Of a stretch of DNA of 64,000 nt, positions 19,381-29,042 are shown in pieces. Source of the DNA: an uncultured Acidobacteriota bacterium (GTDB taxonomy: Bacteria; Acidobacteriota; Thermoanaerobaculia; Multivoradales; UBA5704). Position 1 is the stretch's first letter, and each line of letters starts with the position of its first letter. The position numbers were made by a program, and so were the translations under genes. A model generated the notes under the pieces. That model was not told the DNA's origin, did no database searches, and saw nothing but the letters and a program-made list of their open reading frames with translations. The DNA lies in the NCBI GenBank assembly GCA_963770895.1, contig CAVYRF010000002.1, positions 1,504,001-1,568,000 on the forward strand. Reading direction: 5' to 3'.

Positions 19381-20562
19381 GTGCGCCAGCCCCTGGTCTT
19401 AGGCATCGAGACATCCTGCGACGACACCGCCTGCGCCGTGCTGGACGGCGCCGGCCGCGTCCTGTCGTCGATCGTCAGCAGCCAGGTCGCCGCCCACCGC
19501 CCCTACGGCGGCGTCGTCCCCGAAATCGCCTCGCGCGAGCACCTCGCCAACTGGCTGCCGGTCAGCGACGCCGCCCTGGCAGCCGCCGGCGTCACCGTCG
19601 CCGACCTGGACCTCATCGCCGCCACCCGCGGCCCCGGCCTGGTCGGCGCCCTCCTGGTCGGCCTCTCCCTGGGCAAGGCCCTGGCCTACGCCCTGGGCCG
19701 CCCCTTCCACGCCGTGCACCACCTGGAAGGGCACCTCTACTCCCCCTTCCTGGCCCCTCCCACCAGCCCAACGGCCAAAAGCCCATCCTGCCCGCCAGCC
19801 GGCGAGGCGCCAGGCGTCGCACCCCCTGCCGCCGCCGGCGACGACGCCGCGGAGGTCCCCCAGGCCTTCTACGGCCTCATCCTGTCCGGCGGCCACAGCG
19901 GCCTGTTCTCGGTCCTCCAGGGGCAGGTCGAAACCCTGGGAGAAACCCGCGACGACGCCTTCGGCGAAGTCTTCGACAAAGTGGGGAAGCGCCTGGGCCT
20001 GCCCTATCCCCAGGGCCCGCGCGTCGACGAGCTGGCCGAGCGAGGCGACGCGCAAGCCTTTCGCCTCCCCATCCCCGCCTGCGGCGACGCCTTCGAGTTT
20101 TCATACTCCGGCCTCAAAAGCCGCACCCTGACCGAAATCGAGCGCCTGGAGACCCGCCTGGGCCCCCTGGACGGCGAGCTACCCCCCGGCAGCGACGCCC
20201 GCCACCTGCCCCAGCCCGTCCTGGACCTGCTGGCCAGCTTCCGCCACGCCGCCGTAGCCCAGGTGCTCGACCGCCTGGACCGCCTTGTCGCCGCCGGGTG
20301 GCACCGCCAACAGCACGCCAACCGCCCCCCCCTGGCCGTCTCCGGCGGCGCCGCCGCCAACCGCCTCCTCCGCCGCCAGCTCCCCGCCTGGAGCGCCCAT
20401 CACGGCATCGACCTCCGCCTGGTGCCCCTCCCCTACGCCGGCGACAACGCCGCCATGATCGCCTTCGCCGCCCTCCAGCGCCAATCCCGCGGCCAATCCG
20501 ACGACCCCTTCGCCGCCGAAGCCGAAAGCCGCATCCCCTTCACCCACCCCATCGGCAACTGA
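19381..20562 (+). CDS. tsaD: tRNA N6-adenosine threonylcarbamoyltransferase TsaD
   Basis: LGIETSCDDT, HRPYGGVVPEIASREH, GPGL, HHLEGH, SGGHS, TRDDAFGE.FDK, SYSGLK, GDNAAMIA. Confidence 0.95.
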   Translation: MRQPLVLGIETSCDDTACAVLDGAGRVLSSIVSSQVAAHRPYGGVVPEIASREHLANWLPVSDAALAAAGVTVADLDLIAATRGPGLVGALLVGLSLGKALAYALGRPFHAVHHLEGHLYSPFLAPPTSPTAKSPSCPPAGEAPGVAPPAAAGDDAAEVPQAFYGLILSGGHSGLFSVLQGQVETLGETRDDAFGEVFDKVGKRLGLPYPQGPRVDELAERGDAQAFRLPIPACGDAFEFSYSGLKSRTLTEIERLETRLGPLDGELPPGSDARHLPQPVLDLLASFRHAAVAQVLDRLDRLVAAGWHRQQHANRPPLAVSGGAAANRLLRRQLPAWSAHHGIDLRLVPLPYAGDNAAMIAFAALQRQSRGQSDDPFAAEAESRIPFTHPIGN

Positions 20563-20651
20563 TACTCCGACAAGCAGGCGTCTACGCCTGTGTTGACACT
20601 GAAAAATCAGGGATGTTGGCAGCGGACCTTCAGGCCAGGTCGGATCGCCGT

Positions 20652-20811
20652 GTTGCCCCGATCGCGACGCGCCTGGCGGCGCGTGCGCAATCGGGCCGGG
20701 GGGGCGGGGCGAGGCGTCTTGCCACGCATGGAGGGTGTGCGGCGACGGTGGCCTGTGGAGCCGGGCCAAAGACGAAGCGCCTTTCGTCGCGGCAAGACCT
20801 TCCCTCTTCGC
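20652..20811. repeat. Structured intergenic repeat, copy 1
   Basis: GTTGCCCCGATCGCGACGCGCCTGGCGGCGCGT...GTCTTGCCACGCATGG...TCGTCGCGGCAAGACCTTCCCTCTTCGC recurs in the same orientation at 23786-23934. Confidence 0.85.
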
Positions 20812-21026
20812 TCCCCGGCCCGAGCGCGGTCGCGCCGTCAGGCGCGCCGCGGTCGGGGCAACCAGCCGCCGGCCTGGGCGTTCTTCCTGATACCGTAGGT
20901 GCACCAGGCCGCCGCCGTGGGGGGCGGCCTTGATGACACCACCCCGCTGCCGCATGCCGGCGCGCGTGCTTGCAGCCGCGGCAAGGCGCGCCAGCGATAC
21001 CCAGCCTGCCGGAGAACCCAGCACCG

Positions 21027-22013
21027 ATGCCATTTGACCAGAGAGCGACCAGTTCTGCCTCCCAGGGCCGCCTCCCCGAGCCAGGGCCAGAGGTCCTTGC
21101 CTGGCTGCTTGATTCCGATCCGGCGATCCGCTGGCAGGTGATGCGCGACCTGACCGGCGCCGCTCCAGACGAGGTGGCGGCCGAGCGCGAAAAGGTCGCG
21201 CACGAAGGTGCGGGCGCACGGCTGCTCGCTCTCCAGGCACCCGATGGGCGATGGGGCGGCGCGGCGTGGAACCGCGGCTGGGACTCCACGATGCACGTCC
21301 TGTCGCTCCTCTGGGAGATGGGTCTCGATCCCGCCAGCGACAAGGCGCGGCGCGCGGTGGGCCTGGTTCGCGACCGCGTGACCTGGCGCGGGTGCGGCCC
21401 GCAGGAGGCGGACAACAACTCCTACTTCGCCGGCGAGGTCGAACCCTGCATCAACGGCCAGGTGGCGGCGCCCGGCGCCTATTTCGGCCAGGACGTCCAG
21501 GGCATCGTCGATCGCCTGCTCGGCGAGCAGCTGGCCGACGGCGGCTGGAACTGCGAAGCGCCCAACGGCTCGACGCGCTCGTCCTTCCACACCACGATTT
21601 GCGTGCTCGAGGCCCTGCTCGAGCACGAACGGGCCGGCGGCGGCGGCCCGGCGGTGACCGCGGCCCGGCTCCGCGGGCAGGAGTACCTTCTCGAGCGCCG
21701 CCTCTTCCGCCGCCGCTCGACCGGAGAGGTGATCGACGCGGCCTGGACGCGCTTCGCCTTCCCGACCTGGTGGCACTACGACGTGCTGCGGGGGCTCGAG
21801 TACCTGCGCCGCGCCGGCGTCGCGCCCGACGAACGCGTCGCCGAGGCAATCGATCTGGTCGTATCGAAACAGGACCACGACGGCCGCTGGCTGCTCGACA
21901 CCCGCTACCCGGGCAAGATGCCCCTCGAAACCGGCGAGGCCGAGGGCCAGCCGAGCCGCTGGAACACCCTTCGCGCCTGGCGAGCGCTGAGCTGGTATTC
22001 GTCACTGGTCTGA
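21027..22013 (+). CDS. Prenyltransferase/squalene-cyclase-like alpha-barrel protein
   Basis: WLLDSDPAIRWQV, QAPDGRW, QLADGGWNC and QDHDGRW (QW-like repeats), SRWNTLRA; RBS GGAG before ATG 21027. Confidence 0.7.
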   Translation: MPFDQRATSSASQGRLPEPGPEVLAWLLDSDPAIRWQVMRDLTGAAPDEVAAEREKVAHEGAGARLLALQAPDGRWGGAAWNRGWDSTMHVLSLLWEMGLDPASDKARRAVGLVRDRVTWRGCGPQEADNNSYFAGEVEPCINGQVAAPGAYFGQDVQGIVDRLLGEQLADGGWNCEAPNGSTRSSFHTTICVLEALLEHERAGGGGPAVTAARLRGQEYLLERRLFRRRSTGEVIDAAWTRFAFPTWWHYDVLRGLEYLRRAGVAPDERVAEAIDLVVSKQDHDGRWLLDTRYPGKMPLETGEAEGQPSRWNTLRAWRALSWYSSLV

Positions 22014-22039
22014 CGCAGAGGCGGAACTGCGCCGCGGTG

Positions 22040-23461
22040 TCAGCGGCCGCTCAGGCCGTTCCCATTCCCACCGCGGGGCTTTCTCCATGCTGAGGCGGAG
22101 CCCCTCCTGTTCGGCACTCTCTCTAACTTTCCGGCATCTCTCAAGCGATAAAAGACCTCCTTCACCTTGTTCTCTGAAGCAATACCTGTAAGATCACGCG
22201 CTATTGAGTTGGTGATCTCGTCATGATCGCCAAGGTAGGCAAGGATCGCCTCTTCGGGAGCCGCGAGCCGTTCGTGCCGTATGAAGACTATTACGCTATT
22301 CTGTCGCTCCTCGATAACTGGTTCCTTAAGGCGAAGGGCTCGCATTGCTTGGAATGCCGTATTCAACCCCTCGCCGACGTCCTTATTGGGCGGATCGGGA
22401 AATTTGTTAATGAGGCGAACGATCGCGCCATTACGAGCAAACTGCTCTTGCAATATATTGTTCGGAGTTACGTGGCCCGGCAATGTTCCCGGGCTCTCAA
22501 TCTCTACTCGGTTGTCGAAAACCCTGATGTGGATATCAGCGGGTATGCTGTAATCGCGATGCAGCGCAGCGTTTGTAATGATCTCATGCAAAGTCTCATT
22601 GGGGTATTTGATAGCCTCAAGGCCAGACGGCCCCATTACTTGGACGCCCGCTACCAGGCGAACAGTCTCTTCTACAGCTCTGGCTATCTGGTCATAGAGA
22701 TGACCCTCGATTGTTAAAATATCTCCCGCCAGCGTATCTCTGCTGCCTTGACCTCCAGTTGTCTTATATCTATAGAGTTTAATGCTGCATCGCTTTGGCA
22801 GGATCGCCTGCGGCAGCTCTGTAAACAATAGAACTGCCGCCACCACAAGCTTGCCCCCGACGATCATCAATTGCTTCCGCAACCAAGGCTCAGGCTCAGC
22901 AGTGGGGACCACAGACAAAAGAAATTGAAGAATTACAACGGAGTTCGTGGCCAACCGCAAGCCTGCTACAACAGTTTCGTTCTCAAATGAAGTGACGCCC
23001 TTGTCGAGGCGTAGGCGGGCAAGTTCCTCCTCGGTAAGAATTGGCAGATTCTGCGCGCCTCGGCGAAGGTATGTCCTGCCATCGGACGCCTTGTAAATGT
23101 CTCTCGTCTTCAATACCTGCACCTGCAGAACCAGCCCATTTTCGGAAGCGCATTTCAAAAATGTTGCGGTGAAATATGATCCGAATGGGAGGGTGTTCGC
23201 GAACACTTGCACATGGCCATTTGCAGCTTCTGGATCAGGGAAACCTCGCCAGGTCCTAATCTTGCCACCACCAGGTCCTAAGGTTTCATCGATACCGATA
23301 TAGAGTTCACCGCCGGCGGCATTAGCAAAACCAGATATGGTTCTTGTCAGCTTGCCCGGCGCTATGTCTCGGGATTTAAGGTCGTGGAAATGCCCTTCGG
23401 GCAAGCTCAGGACTATGTCTCGCTGCTGCTGGGTGATTTCGACGGTGTCTAGACTCGTCAT
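22040..23461 (-). CDS. AlbA_2 (Schlafen-like) + RecG-C/HATPase_c_4 + wHTH protein
   Basis: E.HFHDLKS...ISGFANAAGGELYIGIDE (AlbA_2); YP..TLHEIITNAALHRDY, FDNRVEIESPG.LPG, RN..IV; visibly AT-richer than flanks. Confidence 0.85.
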   Translation of the reverse strand: MTSLDTVEITQQQRDIVLSLPEGHFHDLKSRDIAPGKLTRTISGFANAAGGELYIGIDETLGPGGGKIRTWRGFPDPEAANGHVQVFANTLPFGSYFTATFLKCASENGLVLQVQVLKTRDIYKASDGRTYLRRGAQNLPILTEEELARLRLDKGVTSFENETVVAGLRLATNSVVILQFLLSVVPTAEPEPWLRKQLMIVGGKLVVAAVLLFTELPQAILPKRCSIKLYRYKTTGGQGSRDTLAGDILTIEGHLYDQIARAVEETVRLVAGVQVMGPSGLEAIKYPNETLHEIITNAALHRDYSIPADIHIRVFDNRVEIESPGTLPGHVTPNNILQEQFARNGAIVRLINKFPDPPNKDVGEGLNTAFQAMRALRLKEPVIEERQNSVIVFIRHERLAAPEEAILAYLGDHDEITNSIARDLTGIASENKVKEVFYRLRDAGKLERVPNRRGSASAWRKPRGGNGNGLSGR

Positions 23462-23465
23462 CGCA

Positions 23466-23644
23466 TCAGTCCTCGGTCTTCAGGAACTGCCGCAGCGCTT
23501 CCCGCATGATCTCAGAGGCAGCCACCGCCCGCTCGACGGCCGCCGTCTTGAACGCTTTCCTCTCGTCCTGGTGCATGCAGGCCAAGCCCCGCACGGTGAC
23601 AGTCGTCTTGCCCCCATCGGACCCAGCCTCGTCTTTTCCGGCAT
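23466..23644 (-). pseudogene. Small ribbon-helix-helix/CopG-like regulator, possibly frameshifted
   Basis: C-terminal ERKAFKTAAVERAVAASEIMREALRQFL resembles RHH helices; ATG at 23644 joins the frame only if an A4 run were A5; stop is 4 bp upstream of the AlbA_2 gene. Confidence 0.4.
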
Positions 23645-23785
23645 GACAGTAGGTTACACAGGCGACCTTGGGTCCAATTGACGCTAGCGACAATACTGAC
23701 ATGGATTAATCGCCATGAACAGCGATTTGACGGCGCCTAAGCCTACGTAGCCATGAGAAAGATTGCGTTCTAACTGCCGGCAACA

Positions 23786-23934
23786 GTTGCCCCGATTGCG
23801 ACGCGCCTGGCGGCGCGTCGCAATCGAGGTGGGAGGGCAGCCGAAGCGTCTTGCCACGCATGGTGGCGATGATGGCATGTGGAACCGGGCCGAAGGCGAG
23901 GCGCCCTCGTCGCGGCAAGACCTTCCCTCTTCGC
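23786..23934. repeat. Structured intergenic repeat, copy 2
   Basis: Diverged direct copy of 20652-20811; hairpin GATTGCGACGCGCC..GGCGCGTCGCAATC and GTCTTGCC/GGCAAGAC pairing. Confidence 0.85.
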
Positions 23935-24285
23935 AACCAGCCGCTAGTGCAAACCGGAGGCGTAGAGTGGGCCGCAGTCCGACTTTAGCGGCCCGGGCGA
24001 AAGGGGTCGTGGCCCTGGCATCCACCGCACCAACCAAAGGTCCATCTTTTCCAGGCAAGCCCGCAGCGAGCCCCTCTTCGTATCCGCCCGCGATCTGAAG
24101 GCTACAAAGCGTCCACGCCAAGCCGGAAAAGCCAAAACGCCTGCCTCCACCCTTCTCGCCTCCGTTCACGACTCAAAAGGCGCCCCTCGCCGACGATCGT
24201 TCGGTAGATCGGGCTTATCGCCGAACAAATCTCTTGCGTTGCGCCTGATTTCGCCATATCGTCTTGGAGAGAGGCGAGGTGGCGA

Positions 24286-24825
24286 ATGATCGACGCTATT
24301 GACCGTGAAATTCTGAATATCCTTCAGCAGAACGCTCGTACTTCCAACGCAGAGATCGCTCGGCAGGTGGGGATGGCGCCTTCGGCCATCTTGGAGCGGG
24401 TGCGCAAGCTGGAGGGGCGTGGGGTGATCAGGGGCTACCAGGCTCAGATCGACCCCGAAGCGATTGGGCTCCACCTGCTGGCATATATCTTCGTGCGCAC
24501 GACCGACCGCGCCGGCGAGGTGCGCACCGGCGAGGTGCTGGCTGAGATCGACGAGGTGCAGGAGATCCACCACATCGCCGGCGAAGACTGCTACCTGGTC
24601 AAGGTGCGGGTCAGCGATCCGCGATCGCTCGGCCGTCTGCTGCGCGAACGGTTCACTGCCGCGATCGGGGTGCTGTCGACCCGGACCACGATCGTGCTCG
24701 AAACCTTGCACGAAAACACCCAGCTGCCGCTCCCGGCCGCGCCGGAGACGCCCGAAGCCATCGCCGCGGTGGAAATTGGCGCCCTTGCGGAGGTGAACCA
24801 TGTCCGCGAAGAGGTGGCGCCGTGA
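24286..24825 (+). CDS. Lrp/AsnC family transcriptional regulator
   Basis: IDREILNILQQNARTSNAEIARQVGM...RVRKLE.RGVI.GY; EIHHIAGEDCYLVKV. Confidence 0.94.
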   Translation: MIDAIDREILNILQQNARTSNAEIARQVGMAPSAILERVRKLEGRGVIRGYQAQIDPEAIGLHLLAYIFVRTTDRAGEVRTGEVLAEIDEVQEIHHIAGEDCYLVKVRVSDPRSLGRLLRERFTAAIGVLSTRTTIVLETLHENTQLPLPAAPETPEAIAAVEIGALAEVNHVREEVAP

Positions 24826-25847
24826 GCGCTGCGGCGCGCGGCACGGCACCGATCAAGGTCAGCACCGCCAGCATCGCCCTGGCCCTGGCCGCGGTGTACG
24901 TGCTCTGGGGCTCGACCTATTTAGGCATGCGGCTGGCGATGGCGACGCTGCCGCCCTTCACCATGGCTGGCCTGCGCCAGACCACCGCCGGCGTCCTGCT
25001 GTACGTGTTTGCGCGGGCGCGCGGCGCCGCTCCGCCGCGGCCGGTGCATTGGGGGTCGACGGCGATCGTCGGCGCGTTGCTGCTGCTGATTGGCAACGGC
25101 GGCGTGGCGTGGGCGGAGATGCGGATCAGCACGGGGATGGCGGCGCTCCTCATCTGCTCCGAACCGATGTGGATCGTGTTGCTGGTGTGGCTGCTCCCTG
25201 GCGGGCAGCGGCCGAGCGCGCGGGTGCTGGGCGGCCTGCTGGTCGCCTCGGCGGGGCTGGTGATCCTGGTGCGGCCGGCCGCCGGCGGGTCCCTGGCGGT
25301 CAATCCGGCGGCCGTCGCGGTGCTGTTGATCGCGGCGATCGGCTGGGCGGCCGGTTCGATCTACGTGCAGCGCGCCACGCTGCCGGAGTCGCCGCTGCTG
25401 GCGACGTCGATGCAGATGCTGTGCGGCGGCGGCCTGCTGCTGGCGGCCGGGGCGCTCACCGGCGAATCCCCTGCGCGCGCCCTGGCGCACATTTCGACCG
25501 GTTCGGTGCTGGCGCTCCTCTACCTGGTCGCCTTCGGATCGCTGGTCGGCTTCTCCTGCTACACCTGGCTGCTGCGCGTCGCGTCGCCGGTGCTGGTTTC
25601 CACCTACGCCTACGTCAACCCGGTGGTGGCGGTGCTGCTCGGTTGGGCGTTGATCGGCGAGCCGGTGACGCGCGGGACGCTGCTCGGCGCCGCGGTCATC
25701 CTGGGCGGCGTGGTGCTGATCACCACCGCTTCCCACCGCCCGGCGGCGACGCGCCAACCCGGCAGCGCGACACGGTCAGTGGAGAGCGGCGCCGGCCTTG
25801 AATTGGGTAGTGGTCGGAGTCCCGGCAAGGCCGGCGCGACGGGCTAG
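24822..25847 (+). CDS. EamA/DMT family transporter (YedA-like)
   Basis: VYVLWGSTYL, GNGGVAWAE, FGSLVGF, TYAYVNPVVAVLLGW; about 10 TM helices; coupled to the Lrp gene. Confidence 0.92.
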   Translation: MSAAARGTAPIKVSTASIALALAAVYVLWGSTYLGMRLAMATLPPFTMAGLRQTTAGVLLYVFARARGAAPPRPVHWGSTAIVGALLLLIGNGGVAWAEMRISTGMAALLICSEPMWIVLLVWLLPGGQRPSARVLGGLLVASAGLVILVRPAAGGSLAVNPAAVAVLLIAAIGWAAGSIYVQRATLPESPLLATSMQMLCGGGLLLAAGALTGESPARALAHISTGSVLALLYLVAFGSLVGFSCYTWLLRVASPVLVSTYAYVNPVVAVLLGWALIGEPVTRGTLLGAAVILGGVVLITTASHRPAATRQPGSATRSVESGAGLELGSGRSPGKAGATG

Positions 25848-27047
25848 CGACAGCTGCGGATGGGGTTCGCCGCCGGCCAGGATGACGCCGGCGGCGTATT
25901 CGCCCAGCGCCGGACCCAGCTTGAAGCCGTGGCCGGAGCCGCCGCCCAGCAGCCAGACGTTGGCGGCTTCGGGATGGCGGTCGAACAGCAGGTGGCCGTC
26001 CTCGCTATTTGCGTATTGGCAGACGCGGGCCTCGAGCAGCGGCGCTCCGGCCAGGCCGGGGAAGCGCCGGGCGAGCGCGGCGCGGGCGCGCTCCAGGCCG
26101 GCCGCCGAGGGCGTGCGATCGCCGCCGGTCGGATCGAAGCGCTCGCCGCGGGTATCGTCGGCGACCTTGAAGCCGCGCCCCTCGTTGCCCGGCACGCCGT
26201 AAAAGATGCGCTCGCCCATGTCCAGCCACGCCGGCAGGCAGGTGTCGTCGTGGCGCGCGCCGTCCAGCCTGGGAGTGCCAAAGTAGAAGACCTCTTGCCG
26301 GGTGGGCAGCAGGCGCTGCCCCAGAACGTCGGGGAACAGCTGGCCCAGCCAGGGTCCGCAGGCAAAAACGTACAGGTCGGCAGCCAGGCGGCTGCCGTCG
26401 GCCAGCTCCAGCGGCGCCATCTGCCTGCCGCCGGCGCCGTGGGCCTGCGTCAGGGCGCCGGGCGCGGCGGCGACGCAGCGCACCGTGCCGCCGGCGGCGG
26501 CAACAGCGCCGGCAACCGCCCGGCAGGCGCGCCGCGCCATCAGGTAGCCGGCGTGCTCTTCGAAGAAGACGCTGTGGATCCCCGCGAACGACACCGCGGG
26601 GAAGCGCAGGGAGGCGGCGGCCAGGTCCAGCTGCGCGGCCGGCAGGCCGGCCGCGGCCAGGTGCGGCAGCGAGGCGCGGGCATAGCTGTCGTCGCCGGCA
26701 AACATCCACAGCACGCCGGTCTGCCGGTAGAGCCGCTGGCCCCACGCCGCCTCGGCCTCCTGCCACAGGCCGAGAGCGCGCGCCACCCATTGGGTGTACA
26801 GGCCGTCGCGGCCGTACGTGCCGCGCAGCACGCGGGTTTCGCCGCCCGAGCTGGCGCGCGAGTTGCCCGGCCCCCAGGCGTCCACCAGGGTCACCCGCGC
26901 GCCGCGCCGCGCCAGCCACAGCGCCAGCCAGCCGCCGAAGGCGCCGGCGCCGACCACCGCGCAGTGCGGCGCGGCGGTTGCCGGTGCGTCCGGCGGGGCG
27001 GGCGCCCCGCTATCCCTGGCGCCGTCCCGAACCGGCGGCGCCGACAT
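25776..27047 (-). CDS. FAD-dependent oxidoreductase, sarcosine oxidase/DAO-like
   Basis: VVGAGAFG, ASSGGETR, ACGPWL, CQY, GGGSGHGFKLGPALG. Confidence 0.88.
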   Translation of the reverse strand: MSAPPVRDGARDSGAPAPPDAPATAAPHCAVVGAGAFGGWLALWLARRGARVTLVDAWGPGNSRASSGGETRVLRGTYGRDGLYTQWVARALGLWQEAEAAWGQRLYRQTGVLWMFAGDDSYARASLPHLAAAGLPAAQLDLAAASLRFPAVSFAGIHSVFFEEHAGYLMARRACRAVAGAVAAAGGTVRCVAAAPGALTQAHGAGGRQMAPLELADGSRLAADLYVFACGPWLGQLFPDVLGQRLLPTRQEVFYFGTPRLDGARHDDTCLPAWLDMGERIFYGVPGNEGRGFKVADDTRGERFDPTGGDRTPSAAGLERARAALARRFPGLAGAPLLEARVCQYANSEDGHLLFDRHPEAANVWLLGGGSGHGFKLGPALGEYAAGVILAGGEPHPQLSLARRAGLAGTPTTTQFKAGAALH

Positions 27048-28824
27048 CGCTGGTCTTGGCGAAGCCCGTGACGATGTAGGTGCCCGAGCGCTGATCCTTT
27101 TTCAGCTTGACGATGCTCTTGCGCTCGGCGTCCTCCAGCAGCTCGGAGAAGGTGCTGTAGCCGTAGTAGCCCTCGTTGAACGAAGGCTTTTTGCGCTGCA
27201 TCGTCTGCTTGATCATCGATCCCCACAGCACGTCTTTGTTCTCACGCACCAGCGCCTGGATCGACTCGACCATCAGGCTGAACGCTTCGGCCGTCTTCTT
27301 GCTCAAGCCGTCCAGCTTGGGGCCTTTTTGCGAGTCGCGCCAGATGTCTTCGTAATAGATGAACTCGTCGCAGTTGTCGACCAGCAGGTTCGACGAAGAG
27401 TTCTTGACGCCGATGCCGATGACGTACTTGTTGTTCTCCTTGAGCTTGGACACCAGCGGCGAAAAGTCGCTGTCGCCCGAAAGGATCACGAAGGTGTCCA
27501 GGTGCTCCTTGGCGTAGGAGAGATCCATCGCGTCGACCACCATCTTGATGTCGGCGCTGTTCTTGCCCGAATAGTACTTCTGCGGGATATCGATCAGCTC
27601 GATGGCCGCTTCGTGGAACGGGCGCTTGTAATCGCTGTAGCGCTCCCAGTCGGCATAGGCCTTCTTGACGATGATCTTGCCCTTTTCCAGCAGCCGCTCC
27701 AGGATGAGATTGATATCCAGCTTGCTGATCTCGGAGTCCCGCACGCCCAGGGCGATGTTCTCAAAATCGCAGAACACCGCGATCTTGCGCTCTTCGTGCT
27801 GCGGCCGCTGGCGATCGGGGACGGAGATGATGATTTCGCGGGTCATCGAGTCCAGATCGCCGCCCGAGATCACGTAGCTTTCTCCGGAACGGGCCGGGCG
27901 GACGCTGGGGAAGATCTGCGCCGGTGCCGGCGGAGGGGGCGCGGCCACGGCGAGCGCCTCTTCCAGCGCCAGGGGCGCCAGGTCTTCGTCGTCTTCGTCG
28001 GCAAGGTCGGCCGGGCCGCCCGCCAACGCCGTGCGGCCGTTCTTGCGCCGGCCGCCGCGGCTGCGGCGCGAGCGCTTCTTCTTGGCTCCGGCGGGTTTGC
28101 CCTCTTCGTCGCGCTCTTCGGTTTCACCCTCACCTTCGTCGCCTTCGGCGTCCAGGTCGGCCGCGTCGCCGAGCGTCTGCGAGCTGGCCGCGAACGCCGG
28201 GCTGGCCGGTGCCGCCGAGGAGTCCGCGCCGGCGGTGGCGTGATCGTCCTGGGTGTGGGAGGAGAGCGCAGCCGGCGGCACGACCGGAATGGGCGGCGCC
28301 AGCGGAGTGAGCGACGTCATCGGGTTGACGGCCGGCGGTTCCGTTGCCGAGTCGGCGGCAGTCCACCCACTGGCGCTGTCCGCGGCGCCCGACCAGGCGG
28401 CGGCCGGAGACGCTCCGTGGTGCGACGTCGAAGCGGGCACCTCGTTCGGAGGGGTTGGAAGGGTTGCAGGGGTTGCGGCGGCCGGCGGCGCCGGGCGCTG
28501 CCAGAAGGGGCGGTAGGGTTCAGGCGGCGCCTGGGTGGTCGTGGTTGAGGACGGGTGCAGCGGCGAGGAATCGGCTGGAGCGTCGGACCACGACCGCACG
28601 CCGGTCTTATCGGCATCCCCGGCGCCGAGTGCGCCATGGGCATCGCCGGCCAGGTTGGTGGAGGAGGCCGCCGCGCTTGCCGGGGCCTGCGCCGCCGGCG
28701 CTTCGGCGCCCGGTGCGGCTGACTCCTTCCCTGCCGCCGGCGGCTTCGGGTTGAGGTCTTTCTGGGGTTCGTTCTCTTCGTTCGCAGCGCCCTCGGATGT
28801 GGGGCGTAGCCACCATGGACTCAA
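27010..28824 (-). CDS. NYN (LabA/DUF88) ribonuclease domain + OST-HTH/LOTUS with long disordered N-terminus
   Basis: IAVFCDFENI, KAYADW, GKNSADIKMVVDAMD, SGDSDFSPLV, CDEFIYY; C-terminal PSFNEGYYGYSTFSELLE; probable TTG start at 28824 after AAAGGGA. Confidence 0.88.
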   Translation of the reverse strand: MSPWWLRPTSEGAANEENEPQKDLNPKPPAAGKESAAPGAEAPAAQAPASAAASSTNLAGDAHGALGAGDADKTGVRSWSDAPADSSPLHPSSTTTTQAPPEPYRPFWQRPAPPAAATPATLPTPPNEVPASTSHHGASPAAAWSGAADSASGWTAADSATEPPAVNPMTSLTPLAPPIPVVPPAALSSHTQDDHATAGADSSAAPASPAFAASSQTLGDAADLDAEGDEGEGETEERDEEGKPAGAKKKRSRRSRGGRRKNGRTALAGGPADLADEDDEDLAPLALEEALAVAAPPPPAPAQIFPSVRPARSGESYVISGGDLDSMTREIIISVPDRQRPQHEERKIAVFCDFENIALGVRDSEISKLDINLILERLLEKGKIIVKKAYADWERYSDYKRPFHEAAIELIDIPQKYYSGKNSADIKMVVDAMDLSYAKEHLDTFVILSGDSDFSPLVSKLKENNKYVIGIGVKNSSSNLLVDNCDEFIYYEDIWRDSQKGPKLDGLSKKTAEAFSLMVESIQALVRENKDVLWGSMIKQTMQRKKPSFNEGYYGYSTFSELLEDAERKSIVKLKKDQRSGTYIVTGFAKTSDVGAAGSGRRQG

Positions 28825-29042
28825 GTTGTATTCCCTTTCTCGAGCCCGGGGTGGGCTCGTCGGATCTCGCCGTCGGTGATCGACCGTGCGAAGCTTGTTC
28901 GGCGGGAGCGGCGGCGGGCGGCGGTTGGGAGCAGGCCACAGCGGCGGAGGGGGCAAGCCGAACCGCCCCTCATTCTACCATTTCTTGAATCGGCATCGCG
29001 AAATGGGGCCGGCGCGGGGTGTTGGCCGGGCGAAACCAACCC

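Noticed and set aside
20652-23934. Repeats as integron attC sites or a CRISPR array
   Set aside because: No paired RYYYAAC/GTTRRRY ends in both copies, no integrase, only two long copies, no spacers or cas genes.
25776-25847. 72-bp convergent overlap of the EamA and oxidoreductase genes
   Set aside because: Low-complexity tails running on in high-GC DNA; common and uninformative.
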